64,000 bases of DNA. Origin: an uncultured Actinomycetes bacterium. Lineage in GTDB: Bacteria > Actinomycetota > UBA4738 > HRBIN12. A program made the translations under genes and the position numbers. The stretch spans positions 224,001 through 288,000 of the forward strand of contig CAVPIB010000001.1 in assembly GCA_963704885.1 (NCBI GenBank). The letters are read 5' to 3'. Within the stretch, counting starts at the first letter, position 1. The number at the start of each line of letters is the position of its first letter. Under the pieces are notes generated by a model that worked only from the letters and a program-made list of their open reading frames with translations, was not told the DNA's origin and did no database searches. Positions 18,568 through 27,465 of the stretch are shown here, one piece after another.

Positions 18568-18636
18568 CTAGGGACCGGATACGTGGATCGAAGCCGCGCC
18601 GGCGAGATCCCCAAGATTGAACGTTCGTTCAGTCAC
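18568..18636 (-). CDS. Putative leaderless leader peptide MTERTFNLGDLAGAASIHVSGP* upstream of aceA
   Basis: Manual translation from GTG 18636 to TAG 18568. The GTG starts at the 7th nt after the -10-like AAGGAT, the expected transcription start position. Confidence 0.5.
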   Translation of the reverse strand: MTERTFNLGDLAGAASIHVSGP

Positions 18637-18642
18637 TCATGC

Positions 18643-18672
18643 ATCCTTCCAGAGCAACCCGTGGCGTGTCAA
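18643..18672 (-). promoter_or_regulatory. SigA/HrdB-type promoter for the aceA leader
   Basis: TTGACA (18667-72), 18 nt spacer ending TGG, then AAGGAT (18643-48). Confidence 0.6.
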
Positions 18673-19133
18673 TCAACCTTTCCGCCGCTTGCCGGGGCGG
18701 GTACGGGGCCTCGTACCCCCGATAGTTGGAGCTCCATCTCGTACATGGCTGAGACCAGTGCCATCGGGCCCCCATCCACGAGTTCCTTCCAGATCCGGAA
18801 CGGACGCCCGCGAACGGTGGCGAGTTCGATGAAATGACCACGCACGTTCTGGGTGCCAGCCACATCCCCCCAGGGGAGCCGCCGCCTCGGGAGAAGGAAG
18901 AGTTGAGATCGGACGGACAGGCCGGCTCCATCCATGATTATCGAGGGCTTCCGCCCGAGGCTAAGCAGGTATGATCCCTCGACCATCCCGATCAGGCCCA
19001 GGGCTGCCAGGCAGATCAGGAAGACGCTCACCGTCGGCACGCTGATCGCGAACACCAACAGGGCAAGAGCCCCGGTGATCAACGGCGACAGGGCGCTCAG
19101 GCGAAGTTGTGGGCTGGGGAAGATCTCGATCAT
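18669..19133 (-). CDS. Hypothetical 2-TM membrane protein with possible bacterial PH-like C-terminal domain
   Basis: Two hydrophobic helices followed by IIMDGAGLSV...RRLPWGDV. Confidence 0.55.
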   Translation of the reverse strand: MIEIFPSPQLRLSALSPLITGALALLVFAISVPTVSVFLICLAALGLIGMVEGSYLLSLGRKPSIIMDGAGLSVRSQLFLLPRRRLPWGDVAGTQNVRGHFIELATVRGRPFRIWKELVDGGPMALVSAMYEMELQLSGVRGPVPAPASGGKVD

Positions 19134-19167
19134 GCTGATCGGTTCACTTCTTACACCATCCGGCCTC

Positions 19168-20427
19168 CTATTTCGATAGGTAGCGGACTACCCCGAACCT
19201 GCGTACCCGATCGACAACGGCCTCGCCGACCACCAGGATCTTGCCGTTGGCCTGGATGGTCATATCTCGTGCGGCGTCGGATCCGCCGTCGAAATCGCAA
19301 AGGACGCGTCCACCCGCCCCGAATCTCAGGTCGCGCCTACCCCCGGACTTCAGGCGGATCAGACCGAAGTCGTCCTTGGCGCCGTTGCGGATCCTTCCGG
19401 CCAAGACCAGCTTGCCGTTGGCTTGCACCGACACGGCGGCCGCCTCGTCGTAGCCGGAACCGAACCCGGTCACCAGGAGCCCTCGATCCCCGAAGCTGTC
19501 GTCCAGATGCCCGTGCGGACCCACGCGGACGATCCCCCACTCATCCCGCCCGTCCGCGGCGGCCGATCCCACGATCACCAGGTATCCATCGGCTTGAAGG
19601 GCTGCGCCGAAGCCCTTGTCGCTGCCCTCGGAGACGTCCATCCTGGCGATCCCGTCCCAGTCGAAGCTGTCGTCCAGCTTCCCGTGGGCCATGTATCGAA
19701 CGGCCGAGAAAGCAGGCACCAGGGAGCCCTCCGCCCAGCCGACCGCGACGATCTTCCCGTCGGGCTGGATCAAGACGTCGGTCAGTTGCTCGCCGCTGGG
19801 GCTGACATCTGTGGTGACGCGACCGTCGCCGCCGAACGTGTCGTCCAGCCGGCCGTCGCGAAGGAAGCGCGCGACCGCCGACCTGCTGGTGAAGCCGTTG
19901 GACGTCGAACCCGCGATCACGATGCGATCCGCCGGGGTCATCGCGACCGCGTTCGCCGTTTGATACCTCCTGCCGAACCCGATGATGACCGTTCCGCCAT
20001 CCCCGAACCCCGGGTCGAGGGTGCCGTTCGGTCGGTAGCGCTGCATGAAGATCCGATCGTTCTGTGGCGTTCTGCGCTGACCCACGACCACGATCCCGCC
20101 GTCGGACTGGATCGCAACGTCGAAGGCGTATCCATCGCCGCCGATGTCGGTGAGCACCTTGCCTCCGCTACCGAAGGTCGGATCGAGGCGGCCTTCAGGT
20201 GTGAATCGGGCGAGCGCCACGTCCGGGTGGTTGGCGAGCGTCGAGCCCGCGACAACGATGCGATCGTGGCGATCGATCGCAACGGCGTAGGCGGCGGCGC
20301 CTCGAGCGAACGCCGTCTGCTTCCCGTCGTGGCTGAAGGACGTGTCTAGGTCGCCGGGAGAAGCGAACGCCGGGCGGGGCGATAGGGAAACGATGAGGAT
20401 GATCGCTGCTACCCACGATCGACGCAT
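19168..20427 (-). CDS. Secreted delta-60 repeat beta-propeller protein
   Basis: Signal peptide; about 7 repeats of G.LD.(S/T)FG..G ... (I/V)Q.DGKIVVVG; RBS AAGGAGG 21 bp downstream of hisG. Confidence 0.85.
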   Translation of the reverse strand: MRRSWVAAIILIVSLSPRPAFASPGDLDTSFSHDGKQTAFARGAAAYAVAIDRHDRIVVAGSTLANHPDVALARFTPEGRLDPTFGSGGKVLTDIGGDGYAFDVAIQSDGGIVVVGQRRTPQNDRIFMQRYRPNGTLDPGFGDGGTVIIGFGRRYQTANAVAMTPADRIVIAGSTSNGFTSRSAVARFLRDGRLDDTFGGDGRVTTDVSPSGEQLTDVLIQPDGKIVAVGWAEGSLVPAFSAVRYMAHGKLDDSFDWDGIARMDVSEGSDKGFGAALQADGYLVIVGSAAADGRDEWGIVRVGPHGHLDDSFGDRGLLVTGFGSGYDEAAAVSVQANGKLVLAGRIRNGAKDDFGLIRLKSGGRRDLRFGAGGRVLCDFDGGSDAARDMTIQANGKILVVGEAVVDRVRRFGVVRYLSK

Positions 20428-20448
20428 GGTCCTCCTTCGCGGCAGCCG

Positions 20449-21324
20449 CTAGGGGACGATCTTCGAAATGGGCAGCTCCAGGATGTCGGTGGCCCCTGCA
20501 GCTTTCAACTGGGGGATCAACCTGTTCACGGTCCGCTTCTCGACCACGGTCTCCACGGCGTAGCCGCCCTCCGACAACGGCGAGACCGTTGGTGCCTTCA
20601 TGGACGGGACGACCTCTAGCACCGCGGCGAGCTCGGGTTCGCCGACGTTCAGCTTGATCAAGACCCGGCCCTCCGCGCGCAGGGCGCCCAGCAGGAGCGT
20701 GGTGATGTCGTCCATGGCGGCCCGCCTGACAGGATCCGCGGCGGCCTCCCGGTTGGCCACCAACACGGGCTCGGATCCCAGGAGCGTTTCGATGATCTTC
20801 ATGCCGTGCGCCCGCAGCGTGCTGCCGGTCTCGGTGACGTCCACGATGGCGTCTACGATCTCCGGGACTTTGGCCTCGGTCGCGCCGAATGACCAGACCA
20901 CCTTGACCGGGATCCCCAGGTCGGCGAAGTACCGCTCGGTGATATGCAGGAACTCCGTGGAGATGCGGGTATCGGGTGGGATCTCCTTCGCGCTGTTGGC
21001 CGGGTGCTCGTTCGGCACCGCCAGCACGACCTTCGTGCCGTGACCCGTCCCGCTCTTCGCGTATGAGAGCGACGTCAAGATCTCGACGTCCGCCGCGGTC
21101 TCGGCTATCCAATCCTGTCCGGTGATGCCGATGTCGAACAATCCATCCTGAACGTAGGTCGGGATCTCTTGAGGGCGTAGCAGCGAAACCCTCTCGATCC
21201 GATCGTCGTCGATCCAGCCGTGGTAGTCGCGGCTCGACCCACGGCGCACGGCCAGGTCCGCGGCCTCGAAAAGCCGTATGGTCTGCTCCTCCAGGGAGCC
21301 TTTGGGCAGCACGAGCTTCAGCAT
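20449..21324 (-). CDS. hisG: ATP phosphoribosyltransferase, long form
   Basis: LPKGSL, RPQEIP, DIGITGQD, DAIVDVTETGSTL; C-terminal regulatory domain (PTVSPL). Confidence 0.95.
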   Translation of the reverse strand: MLKLVLPKGSLEEQTIRLFEAADLAVRRGSSRDYHGWIDDDRIERVSLLRPQEIPTYVQDGLFDIGITGQDWIAETAADVEILTSLSYAKSGTGHGTKVVLAVPNEHPANSAKEIPPDTRISTEFLHITERYFADLGIPVKVVWSFGATEAKVPEIVDAIVDVTETGSTLRAHGMKIIETLLGSEPVLVANREAAADPVRRAAMDDITTLLLGALRAEGRVLIKLNVGEPELAAVLEVVPSMKAPTVSPLSEGGYAVETVVEKRTVNRLIPQLKAAGATDILELPISKIVP

Positions 21325-21653
21325 CAGGTCCCCAGCGTACGGAAGAAGCAGGTCCGCTCACCCGTGTGGCAGGCCGCGCCCTCTTGGTGGACGCGGATCA
21401 ACAAGACGTCGGCGTCGCAGTCCACACGGATCTCCTCCACGTGTTGGACGTGTCCGCTGGTCTCGCCCTTTCGCCAGAGCGCCTCACGCGACCGGCTCCA
21501 GAACACGGTCCGTCCTTCCGAAGCGGTCAGCTCGATCGAGTCGCGGTTCATCCACGCCATCATCAGGACGTCGCCGTTGTCCGCGTCCTGAACGATCGCT
21601 GGCACGAGGCCACGGTCGTCGAACGTCAGGCCGCCGATCGGCACGGAGTCCAT
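21324..21653 (-). CDS. hisI: Phosphoribosyl-AMP cyclohydrolase (monofunctional)
   Basis: [29 protein letters not shown]; no HisE domain. Confidence 0.95.
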   Translation of the reverse strand: MDSVPIGGLTFDDRGLVPAIVQDADNGDVLMMAWMNRDSIELTASEGRTVFWSRSREALWRKGETSGHVQHVEEIRVDCDADVLLIRVHQEGAACHTGERTCFFRTLGT

Positions 21654-21655
21654 GA

Positions 21656-22414
21656 TCAGAGCCTCACCGGGAGCCGGCGCGAGGCCAGGTACTCCTTGAT
21701 CTGACGGATCGTCAGCTCGCCGTCGTGCAATCGGGACGCCGCCAGGACCGCGTCGGCCCCACCGTCCTGGAGCGCCGCCGCGAAGTGTTCCAACTCGCCG
21801 GCGCCTCCGCTCGCCACGACGGGAACGGTCACGGCCCCGGTGATCGCCCGGAGCAGCTCCAGATCGTATCCCTCACCGGTCCCGTCCCGGTCCATCGATG
21901 TCACCAGCACCTCACCCGCGCCGCGCTCGGTGGTCGCTTCCGCCGCCCATTCGACGGCGTCGCGGTCCACCGCGGTCCGCCCGGCGTCGATCACGACCTC
22001 CCAGCCATCGCCGCGCCGGCGTGCGTCGATCGCGATCACCATGCACTGCGTGCCGAACCGATCGGCGCATCGTGCGAGCATCTCGGGGTCGCGCACCGCG
22101 GCGCTGTTCAGGGACACCTTGTCGGCGCCCGCGCGAAGGAGCGCGTTCACGCCATCCTCATCCTGCACGCCGCCGCCCACCGTGAGCGGGATGAAGACCT
22201 GCTCGGCCGTCGTGGAGATGACATCGAGCGTGGCCTGCCGTCCTTCGATAGTGGCGGTGATGTCCAGGAACACGAGCTCGTCGGCCCCTTCCCGGTCGTA
22301 GCGGGAGGCCATGGCGACCGGGTCCCCGGCGTCGCGCAGGTCCTTGAACCTGGTGCCCTTCACCACGCGGCCCGCGTCGACGTCCAGACAGGGGATCACG
22401 CGCTTGGCGAGCAT
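21656..22414 (-). CDS. hisF: Imidazole glycerol phosphate synthase cyclase subunit
   Basis: [35 protein letters not shown]. Confidence 0.96.
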   Translation of the reverse strand: MLAKRVIPCLDVDAGRVVKGTRFKDLRDAGDPVAMASRYDREGADELVFLDITATIEGRQATLDVISTTAEQVFIPLTVGGGVQDEDGVNALLRAGADKVSLNSAAVRDPEMLARCADRFGTQCMVIAIDARRRGDGWEVVIDAGRTAVDRDAVEWAAEATTERGAGEVLVTSMDRDGTGEGYDLELLRAITGAVTVPVVASGGAGELEHFAAALQDGGADAVLAASRLHDGELTIRQIKEYLASRRLPVRL

Positions 22415-22416
22415 GG

Positions 22417-23118
22417 CTAGCCCCGGATCACCTGTGACAGCTTCAGGGTGCGTTCGTACAGAGCCTTTCCCGTCACGACCGCCTCGCAGCCGAGGTCGCG
22501 GAGGGCCCACACATCGTCGGCGTCCCGGACCCCGCCCGAAGCGATCAACGGTCGGTCCGTGAGCTTCAGGACGCGACCGTAGAGTGCGAGGTCTGGGCCC
22601 TCGAGCGTGCCATCCCGCGCGATCGAAGTCACCAGGTAGCGCGGAGCCCCCGCCTCGTCGAGCGCGGTGAGCGCTTCCTCGAGCTCGGGACCTTCTTCGG
22701 TCCAGCCCCTAACCATCAGGCGGCCTGCGCGGACGTCGACGCCGACCACGACATGCTCCGCGTACTCCTCGACCGCACGTGTCACGAAGGCCGGATCGGC
22801 CGCCGCGGCGGTGCCCAGGATGGCGCGGGCCGCGCCGGTATCCAGCATGGAGCCGAGCGCCTCGAGCGATCGGATCCCTCCGCCTACCTGCACGGGGATC
22901 GCGACCGCGTGACAGATCGCCTTCACGGCGTCGGTGTTGGACCCTTCGTCGAGCGCGGCGTCAAGGTCCACCACGTGCAGCCGCCGGGCGCCCTCTTGCT
23001 GGAACCGCTCGGCGACGGCGACGGGGTCATCGGCATACGCGGTCTCCGCGTTCGGATCGCCTCGCACCAGGCGAACCGCGCGTCCGCCGCGCAGGTCTAT
23101 CGCGGGGATCACGATCAC
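22417..23118 (-). CDS. hisA: ProFAR isomerase (HisA/PriA)
   Basis: [43 protein letters not shown] overlap with hisH. Confidence 0.94.
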   Translation of the reverse strand: MIVIPAIDLRGGRAVRLVRGDPNAETAYADDPVAVAERFQQEGARRLHVVDLDAALDEGSNTDAVKAICHAVAIPVQVGGGIRSLEALGSMLDTGAARAILGTAAAADPAFVTRAVEEYAEHVVVGVDVRAGRLMVRGWTEEGPELEEALTALDEAGAPRYLVTSIARDGTLEGPDLALYGRVLKLTDRPLIASGGVRDADDVWALRDLGCEAVVTGKALYERTLKLSQVIRG

Positions 23119-23738
23119 GCGGCCTTCACCGTCCGCACGAACGACTCGTAGATCTGCAGACCGGCGTCCGAGGACTTCTCCGGGTGGAATTGCGTGGCGA
23201 ACACATTGCTCTGTGCGACCACGGAGGAGAACGGTCGTCCGTGATCGGTGACGCCGATCGTCGTTCCCTCCATCACGTCGGGCGCGAACGAATGCACGAA
23301 GTAGAAGCGCGTGCTGTCGGGGATGCCCTCGACGTACGGGTGGGTGTCCATCCAGTCGACCTTGTTCCATCCCATGTGCGGCACCTTCACGTTAGACGGG
23401 AGCTTCCTCGAGCGACCGGGGACGATCGCCAGTCCTTCTTCGGGGTCCTCGTCGCTCTCCTTGAACAGGACCTGCATGCCCAGGCAGACGCCGAACACGG
23501 GTCGGCCGGTGCCCACGAACGCCCGGATCGCTTCGTCCAGGCCGCGTTCTTCCAGAGCTCGCATGCAAGCGCCGAACGCGCCAACGCCCGGGATGACGAG
23601 CGCATCTGCCCCCGGGAGCATCGCGCCGTCACGCGTCACCTCCGCGGTTCCCCCGACCCTGGCGATCGCGCGTGAGACCGAGTGCAGGTTGCCCATGCCG
23701 TAATCCAGGACCGCGATCGTGGCTGAGCGCGCGCTCAC
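23115..23738 (-). CDS. hisH: Imidazole glycerol phosphate synthase glutaminase subunit
   Basis: DYGMGNLHSV, PGVGAF, GVCLGMQ, PHMGWN, QFHPEKS. Confidence 0.95.
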   Translation of the reverse strand: MSARSATIAVLDYGMGNLHSVSRAIARVGGTAEVTRDGAMLPGADALVIPGVGAFGACMRALEERGLDEAIRAFVGTGRPVFGVCLGMQVLFKESDEDPEEGLAIVPGRSRKLPSNVKVPHMGWNKVDWMDTHPYVEGIPDSTRFYFVHSFAPDVMEGTTIGVTDHGRPFSSVVAQSNVFATQFHPEKSSDAGLQIYESFVRTVKAA

Positions 23739-24328
23739 AGCGTCCCCTTCGTGCTGGGCGTGCTCGCTCGTCCCGTCAGGCTGCACGCGTCACCTAGGGC
23801 CCTCGCCAGAGCCTTGAACTCGGCCTCGACAACGTGGTGTGGTGAGCGCCCCGAGCGCAGGCGGACGTGCAGCGTCATCTGAGCCGCGGTCGCGAACGCT
23901 CGGATGAAGTCTTCGACCAGCCCGGTGTCGAACGTGCCGATCATCTCCGCGGGGATCTCGACCTCGTGAACGATGAACGGACGGCCGGATAGGTCGAGCG
24001 ACACCTCGACCGCGGCCTCGTCGAGCGGCACGGTGATGGAGGCGAACCGCCGGATCCCTGACTTATCCGCGAGCGCCTCGACGAGGGCCTGTCCGACGGC
24101 GATACCCACGTCCTCGACGGTGTGGTGGCCGTCGATCTCTAGGTCTCCCCTCGCCGACACGGTCAGGTCGAAACCGGCGTGCGTGCCAAGCTGCTGAAGC
24201 ATGTGATCGAAGAACGGGAGTCCGGTATCGGCCGAGGCCGTCCCGGAGCCGTCGATAGACAGCTCGACACGGACGTCGGTCTCCTTCGTCGTTCTCGTCA
24301 CCGTCGCCGTCCGCGCGGTATCGGTCAC
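23735..24328 (-). CDS. hisB: Imidazoleglycerol-phosphate dehydratase
   Basis: RTTKET, FFDHML, DGHHTVED, HHVVEAEFKA. Confidence 0.95.
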   Translation of the reverse strand: MTDTARTATVTRTTKETDVRVELSIDGSGTASADTGLPFFDHMLQQLGTHAGFDLTVSARGDLEIDGHHTVEDVGIAVGQALVEALADKSGIRRFASITVPLDEAAVEVSLDLSGRPFIVHEVEIPAEMIGTFDTGLVEDFIRAFATAAQMTLHVRLRSGRSPHHVVEAEFKALARALGDACSLTGRASTPSTKGTL

Positions 24329-25374
24329 GCCGCGAGCACCTCCTCGAGTGCGGAAAGGAACAGGTCGACCTCGTGGGTTGCCCCCGCGGTGACCCGCAGA
24401 GCGTTGGGCACGACGGCGGACAGATCGCGCACCAGGACGCCCCGATCCACCAACCCCTGCCAAACCTCCGCGGCGGGGCGGGGCGGCACGAAAAGGACGA
24501 AGTTCGCGTCCGACGGATACACCGTAACGTCCGGCATGGCGGACAGGTCGGCGAAGATGCGGTCCCGCTCGATACGGATCGCGCCGAGGATCGCCATGGC
24601 CTCCCGAACGTGGTGGATCGCGACGATCCCGGCGGCCTGGGTGAGAGCCGAGACGTTGTACGGCAGCCGAACCCGCTGCAGGTCGCCTACCACCTCGGGG
24701 TCTGCCAGGGCATAGCCGACGCGTGCCCCTGCGAGCGCGAAGGCCTTCGACATGGTGCGCGTCACCACCACGTTGGGGTGGCCGCTCACGAGCGGTATGC
24801 AGGTCGTTCCCCCGAACTCGATGTAGGCCTCGTCGATCACGACCAGAGCCTCGGTACCCGCGACCAGGGACGCGATACTGGCGAACGTCTGTGCGTTCCC
24901 GGTCGGATTGTTAGGTGAACAGACGAAGATCACATCGGGTCGCTGGTCGATCGCCTGGCTGGTGGCTTCGGTCGTGAGGGCGAACCCCTGACCAAGCCGC
25001 AATGGGACGAGCTCCGTCTGCGTGAGCCAAGCAAGTCGCGAATGCAGGAGATAGGTCGGCTCGAACACCACGGCGCGTCGGCCCGGACCTCCATACGCCT
25101 GGAGCAACTGCGTCAGGATCTCGTTGGAGCCGTTCGCAACCCAAGTTCCGGCGGCCGTGTGACCAACATGCGCAGCCAGCTCCTCCCGCAGCCGCGTCAT
25201 CTGTCCATCCGGGTAGCGGTTCAGCGGGACGTCCATGACCGCGTCAGCCAGATCTTGGGCGAACCCCTCCGGGAGCGGGTAGGGGCTCTCGTTGGTGTTC
25301 AGACGCGCCGCGACGGCCAGCTGCGGTGAGACGTAAGGCGCGACGTCGCGGAGCCCTGCGCGAGGGGTGGTCAT
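24325..25374 (-). CDS. hisC: Histidinol-phosphate aminotransferase
   Basis: LNTNESPY, NGSNE, SPNNPTG, DEAY, RTMSKAFALAGARVGY. Confidence 0.95.
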   Translation of the reverse strand: MTTPRAGLRDVAPYVSPQLAVAARLNTNESPYPLPEGFAQDLADAVMDVPLNRYPDGQMTRLREELAAHVGHTAAGTWVANGSNEILTQLLQAYGGPGRRAVVFEPTYLLHSRLAWLTQTELVPLRLGQGFALTTEATSQAIDQRPDVIFVCSPNNPTGNAQTFASIASLVAGTEALVVIDEAYIEFGGTTCIPLVSGHPNVVVTRTMSKAFALAGARVGYALADPEVVGDLQRVRLPYNVSALTQAAGIVAIHHVREAMAILGAIRIERDRIFADLSAMPDVTVYPSDANFVLFVPPRPAAEVWQGLVDRGVLVRDLSAVVPNALRVTAGATHEVDLFLSALEEVLAA

Positions 25375-26654
25375 CGGGTGCCCCGATCGGCTCGAGCGTC
25401 CATGGCGTGGGCGTGCCCGACCAATCCTTCGCTCCGCGCGATGGCGGACGTCTGTGGAGCCAACCGTTGCGCAGCATCCGCGGTCATCTGGACGACCGAG
25501 CGTACGGTCACGAAGTCCGCGGCGCGCAACCCCGAGGCGAACCGAGCCGTTCCCGCGGTGGGCAGCACGTGATTGGACGCGACGCCGTAGTCGCCGAAAG
25601 GCACCGCGGTCCACTGGCCCAGGAAGATCGCCCCCGCGTTGCGCACCGTCCCCAGGAACGCATCGGGGTCGGCGAGCAACACCTGGAGGTGCTCGGCCGC
25701 GACGTCGTCAACGATCTGAGCTGCATGCCCAAGATCTCGAACGAGCACCGGCAGGGTATGCCGCAGCGCCTCGTCCACGATCTCGCGGCGGCCGGCGGCT
25801 TGGAGTGCTTCGTCCAGTGACACGCGCACCCGATCGATCACGTCCGGGTCGCTCGTGATCAGGAAGGTCCGGGCCTCGGGGTCGTGCTCCGCCTGCGCGA
25901 TGAGGTCGAGTGCCACGAGCGCCGGATCTGCGGAGGTGTCGGCCACGATCGCAAGCTCCGTCGGCCCAGCCAGGCCGTCGATCCCGACCACGCCCGCCAC
26001 CTGCCTCTTGGCCTCGGTGACGTAGATGTTGCCGGGTCCAACGATGCGATCGACGGCCGGAACCGAGACCGTTCCGAACGCGAGCGCTCCGATAGCCTGC
26101 GCGCCTCCGGCTTTGACCACCTGGGTAGCGCCCGCCCGACGGGCTGCATACAGGATCGCGGGCGGGATCGAGCCGTCGGTTTGGGGAGGCGTGCAGAGCA
26201 CGATGCGCTTCACGCCCGCCACGGCAGCCGGAACGACCGTCATGCACACCGAGGACGGGTAGAGGGCCCGGCCACCCGGTACGTAGCACCCCACCGATGC
26301 GAGCGGCCGAACGATCTCGCCGAACCGCACTCCGTCGCGGTCGTCCCACCACTCGGGCGGCAGCTGACGCTCGTGCAGATCGCGCAGGCGCTCGATCAAG
26401 GCGTCGAGGGCCTGACTGAGCTCAGTGGAGACTGATGCCTCCGCTCGCTCGAACTCCTCTGCGGTAACGACGAGACTCCCGAGTGAAAGGTCGGCGTTGT
26501 CGAAACGGGCAGCCAACTCGACCAGCAAGGAATCGCCCTCGGCGCGGACGCGCTCGAGGATCGCCCGGACGGTTTCCGTGACGGTGGGGTCGACCTCGAA
26601 CCTTGACGGCTCGAGCCGCTCCCCCCGCTCGCGCAGGTCGAGGAGCCCGAGCAT
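25371..26654 (-). CDS. hisD: Histidinol dehydrogenase
   Basis: YVPGG, GGAQAIGALAFG, GPGNIYV, AQAEHD, GDY...NHVLPT. Confidence 0.96.
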   Translation of the reverse strand: MLGLLDLRERGERLEPSRFEVDPTVTETVRAILERVRAEGDSLLVELAARFDNADLSLGSLVVTAEEFERAEASVSTELSQALDALIERLRDLHERQLPPEWWDDRDGVRFGEIVRPLASVGCYVPGGRALYPSSVCMTVVPAAVAGVKRIVLCTPPQTDGSIPPAILYAARRAGATQVVKAGGAQAIGALAFGTVSVPAVDRIVGPGNIYVTEAKRQVAGVVGIDGLAGPTELAIVADTSADPALVALDLIAQAEHDPEARTFLITSDPDVIDRVRVSLDEALQAAGRREIVDEALRHTLPVLVRDLGHAAQIVDDVAAEHLQVLLADPDAFLGTVRNAGAIFLGQWTAVPFGDYGVASNHVLPTAGTARFASGLRAADFVTVRSVVQMTADAAQRLAPQTSAIARSEGLVGHAHAMDARADRGTR

Positions 26655-26834
26655 TCAGGCCCCCTCGCGGCCCTCTCGATGATGCGCGTCGTCTACCATG
26701 GCCGCGCCCGGCACGGGCTCGGCCCTCCCGAAGGCCCGGTCACGGACGACTAGCACCCAACCGCTCACGCCGACCGCGAGCGCGGCGGCGATGAGCATGC
26801 CGAGGGCGAGCAGGAACGTCGTCTGTCGGTCCAT
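26655..26834 (-). CDS. Small single-TM hypothetical protein (59 aa) directly upstream of hisD
   Basis: MDRQTTFLLALGMLIAAALAVGVSGWVLVV...DDAHHREGREGA*; its TGA abuts the hisD ATG. Confidence 0.55.
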   Translation of the reverse strand: MDRQTTFLLALGMLIAAALAVGVSGWVLVVRDRAFGRAEPVPGAAMVDDAHHREGREGA

Positions 26835-26899
26835 GAGCCTCGTCAGGGTACACGAGGGTTCCGGTGGCGCGACCTGCGGCGTTGTCCGGCAAGGCATCT

Positions 26900-26927
26900 T
26901 CAAGGCCGACGCCCGGCGTGCCGACAA
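26900..26927 (+). promoter_or_regulatory. Sigma-28 (FliA/WhiG)-type promoter upstream of the pilin
   Basis: TCAAG (26900-04), 15 nt spacer, GCCGACAA (26920-27); sigma28 consensus is TAAA-N15-GCCGATAA. Confidence 0.6.
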
Positions 26928-26979
26928 CGTTCGAAGGGGACGGATCAACCGTCTCCGAACATGTAGAGAAGAAGAGGTG

Positions 26980-27456
26980 ATGCCTGGGATGTCCGCACCC
27001 CTCGCGCAGCGGCGCGGGGAACAAGAAGCGGGGTTCACGCTCGTCGAGCTCATGGTGGTGATCCTCATCATCGGCATCTTGATCGCCATCGCACTGCCCA
27101 CCTACATCGGCGCCCGAACCCGCGCGCAGAACCGTGCCGCACAGACCGAGCTTCGCTCCGCTTACGTGGCTGCCTCCACGTATTACGCGGCCAACGAGAC
27201 CTACACCGGCTTCGACGTGGCAGCCGCGCTACAGGCGGAAGGTGCCGTGAGCTGGGTGGCCGGCGGTGCCGCACCGGTGGTCGGTCAGGTCGCCATCGAG
27301 GTCGCGTCGGGCAACACCGTGCTGCTGATCGATCTGGCCAGGAGCGGGACCTACTGGTGTATCGCCCAAGTCCCGGGTAGTCCTCTCAACACGAAGGGCG
27401 GCGACGCCGCGTGGGCGAACATCAACACGACGGCGTCATGTAACCAGGGCTGGTGA
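26980..27456 (+). CDS. Type IV pilin / prepilin-type N-terminal cleavage-methylation protein
   Basis: Class III signal G|FTLVELMVVILIIGILIAIALP; C-terminal Cys pair. Start ATG 26980 or 26989 after GAGGTG. Confidence 0.9.
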   Translation: MPGMSAPLAQRRGEQEAGFTLVELMVVILIIGILIAIALPTYIGARTRAQNRAAQTELRSAYVAASTYYAANETYTGFDVAAALQAEGAVSWVAGGAAPVVGQVAIEVASGNTVLLIDLARSGTYWCIAQVPGSPLNTKGGDAAWANINTTASCNQGW

Positions 27457-27465
27457 CGATCCGCT

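Noticed and set aside
18629-18644. Tiny uORFs MSD* and MHE* in the aceA leader
   Set aside because: Their ATGs lie within or only 2 nt after the predicted -10 element, upstream of the expected transcription start.
19168-20427. DNA tandem repeat or CRISPR array
   Set aside because: The periodicity is protein-level delta-60 repeats with diverged DNA. No identical spaced repeats or cas genes were seen anywhere in the window.
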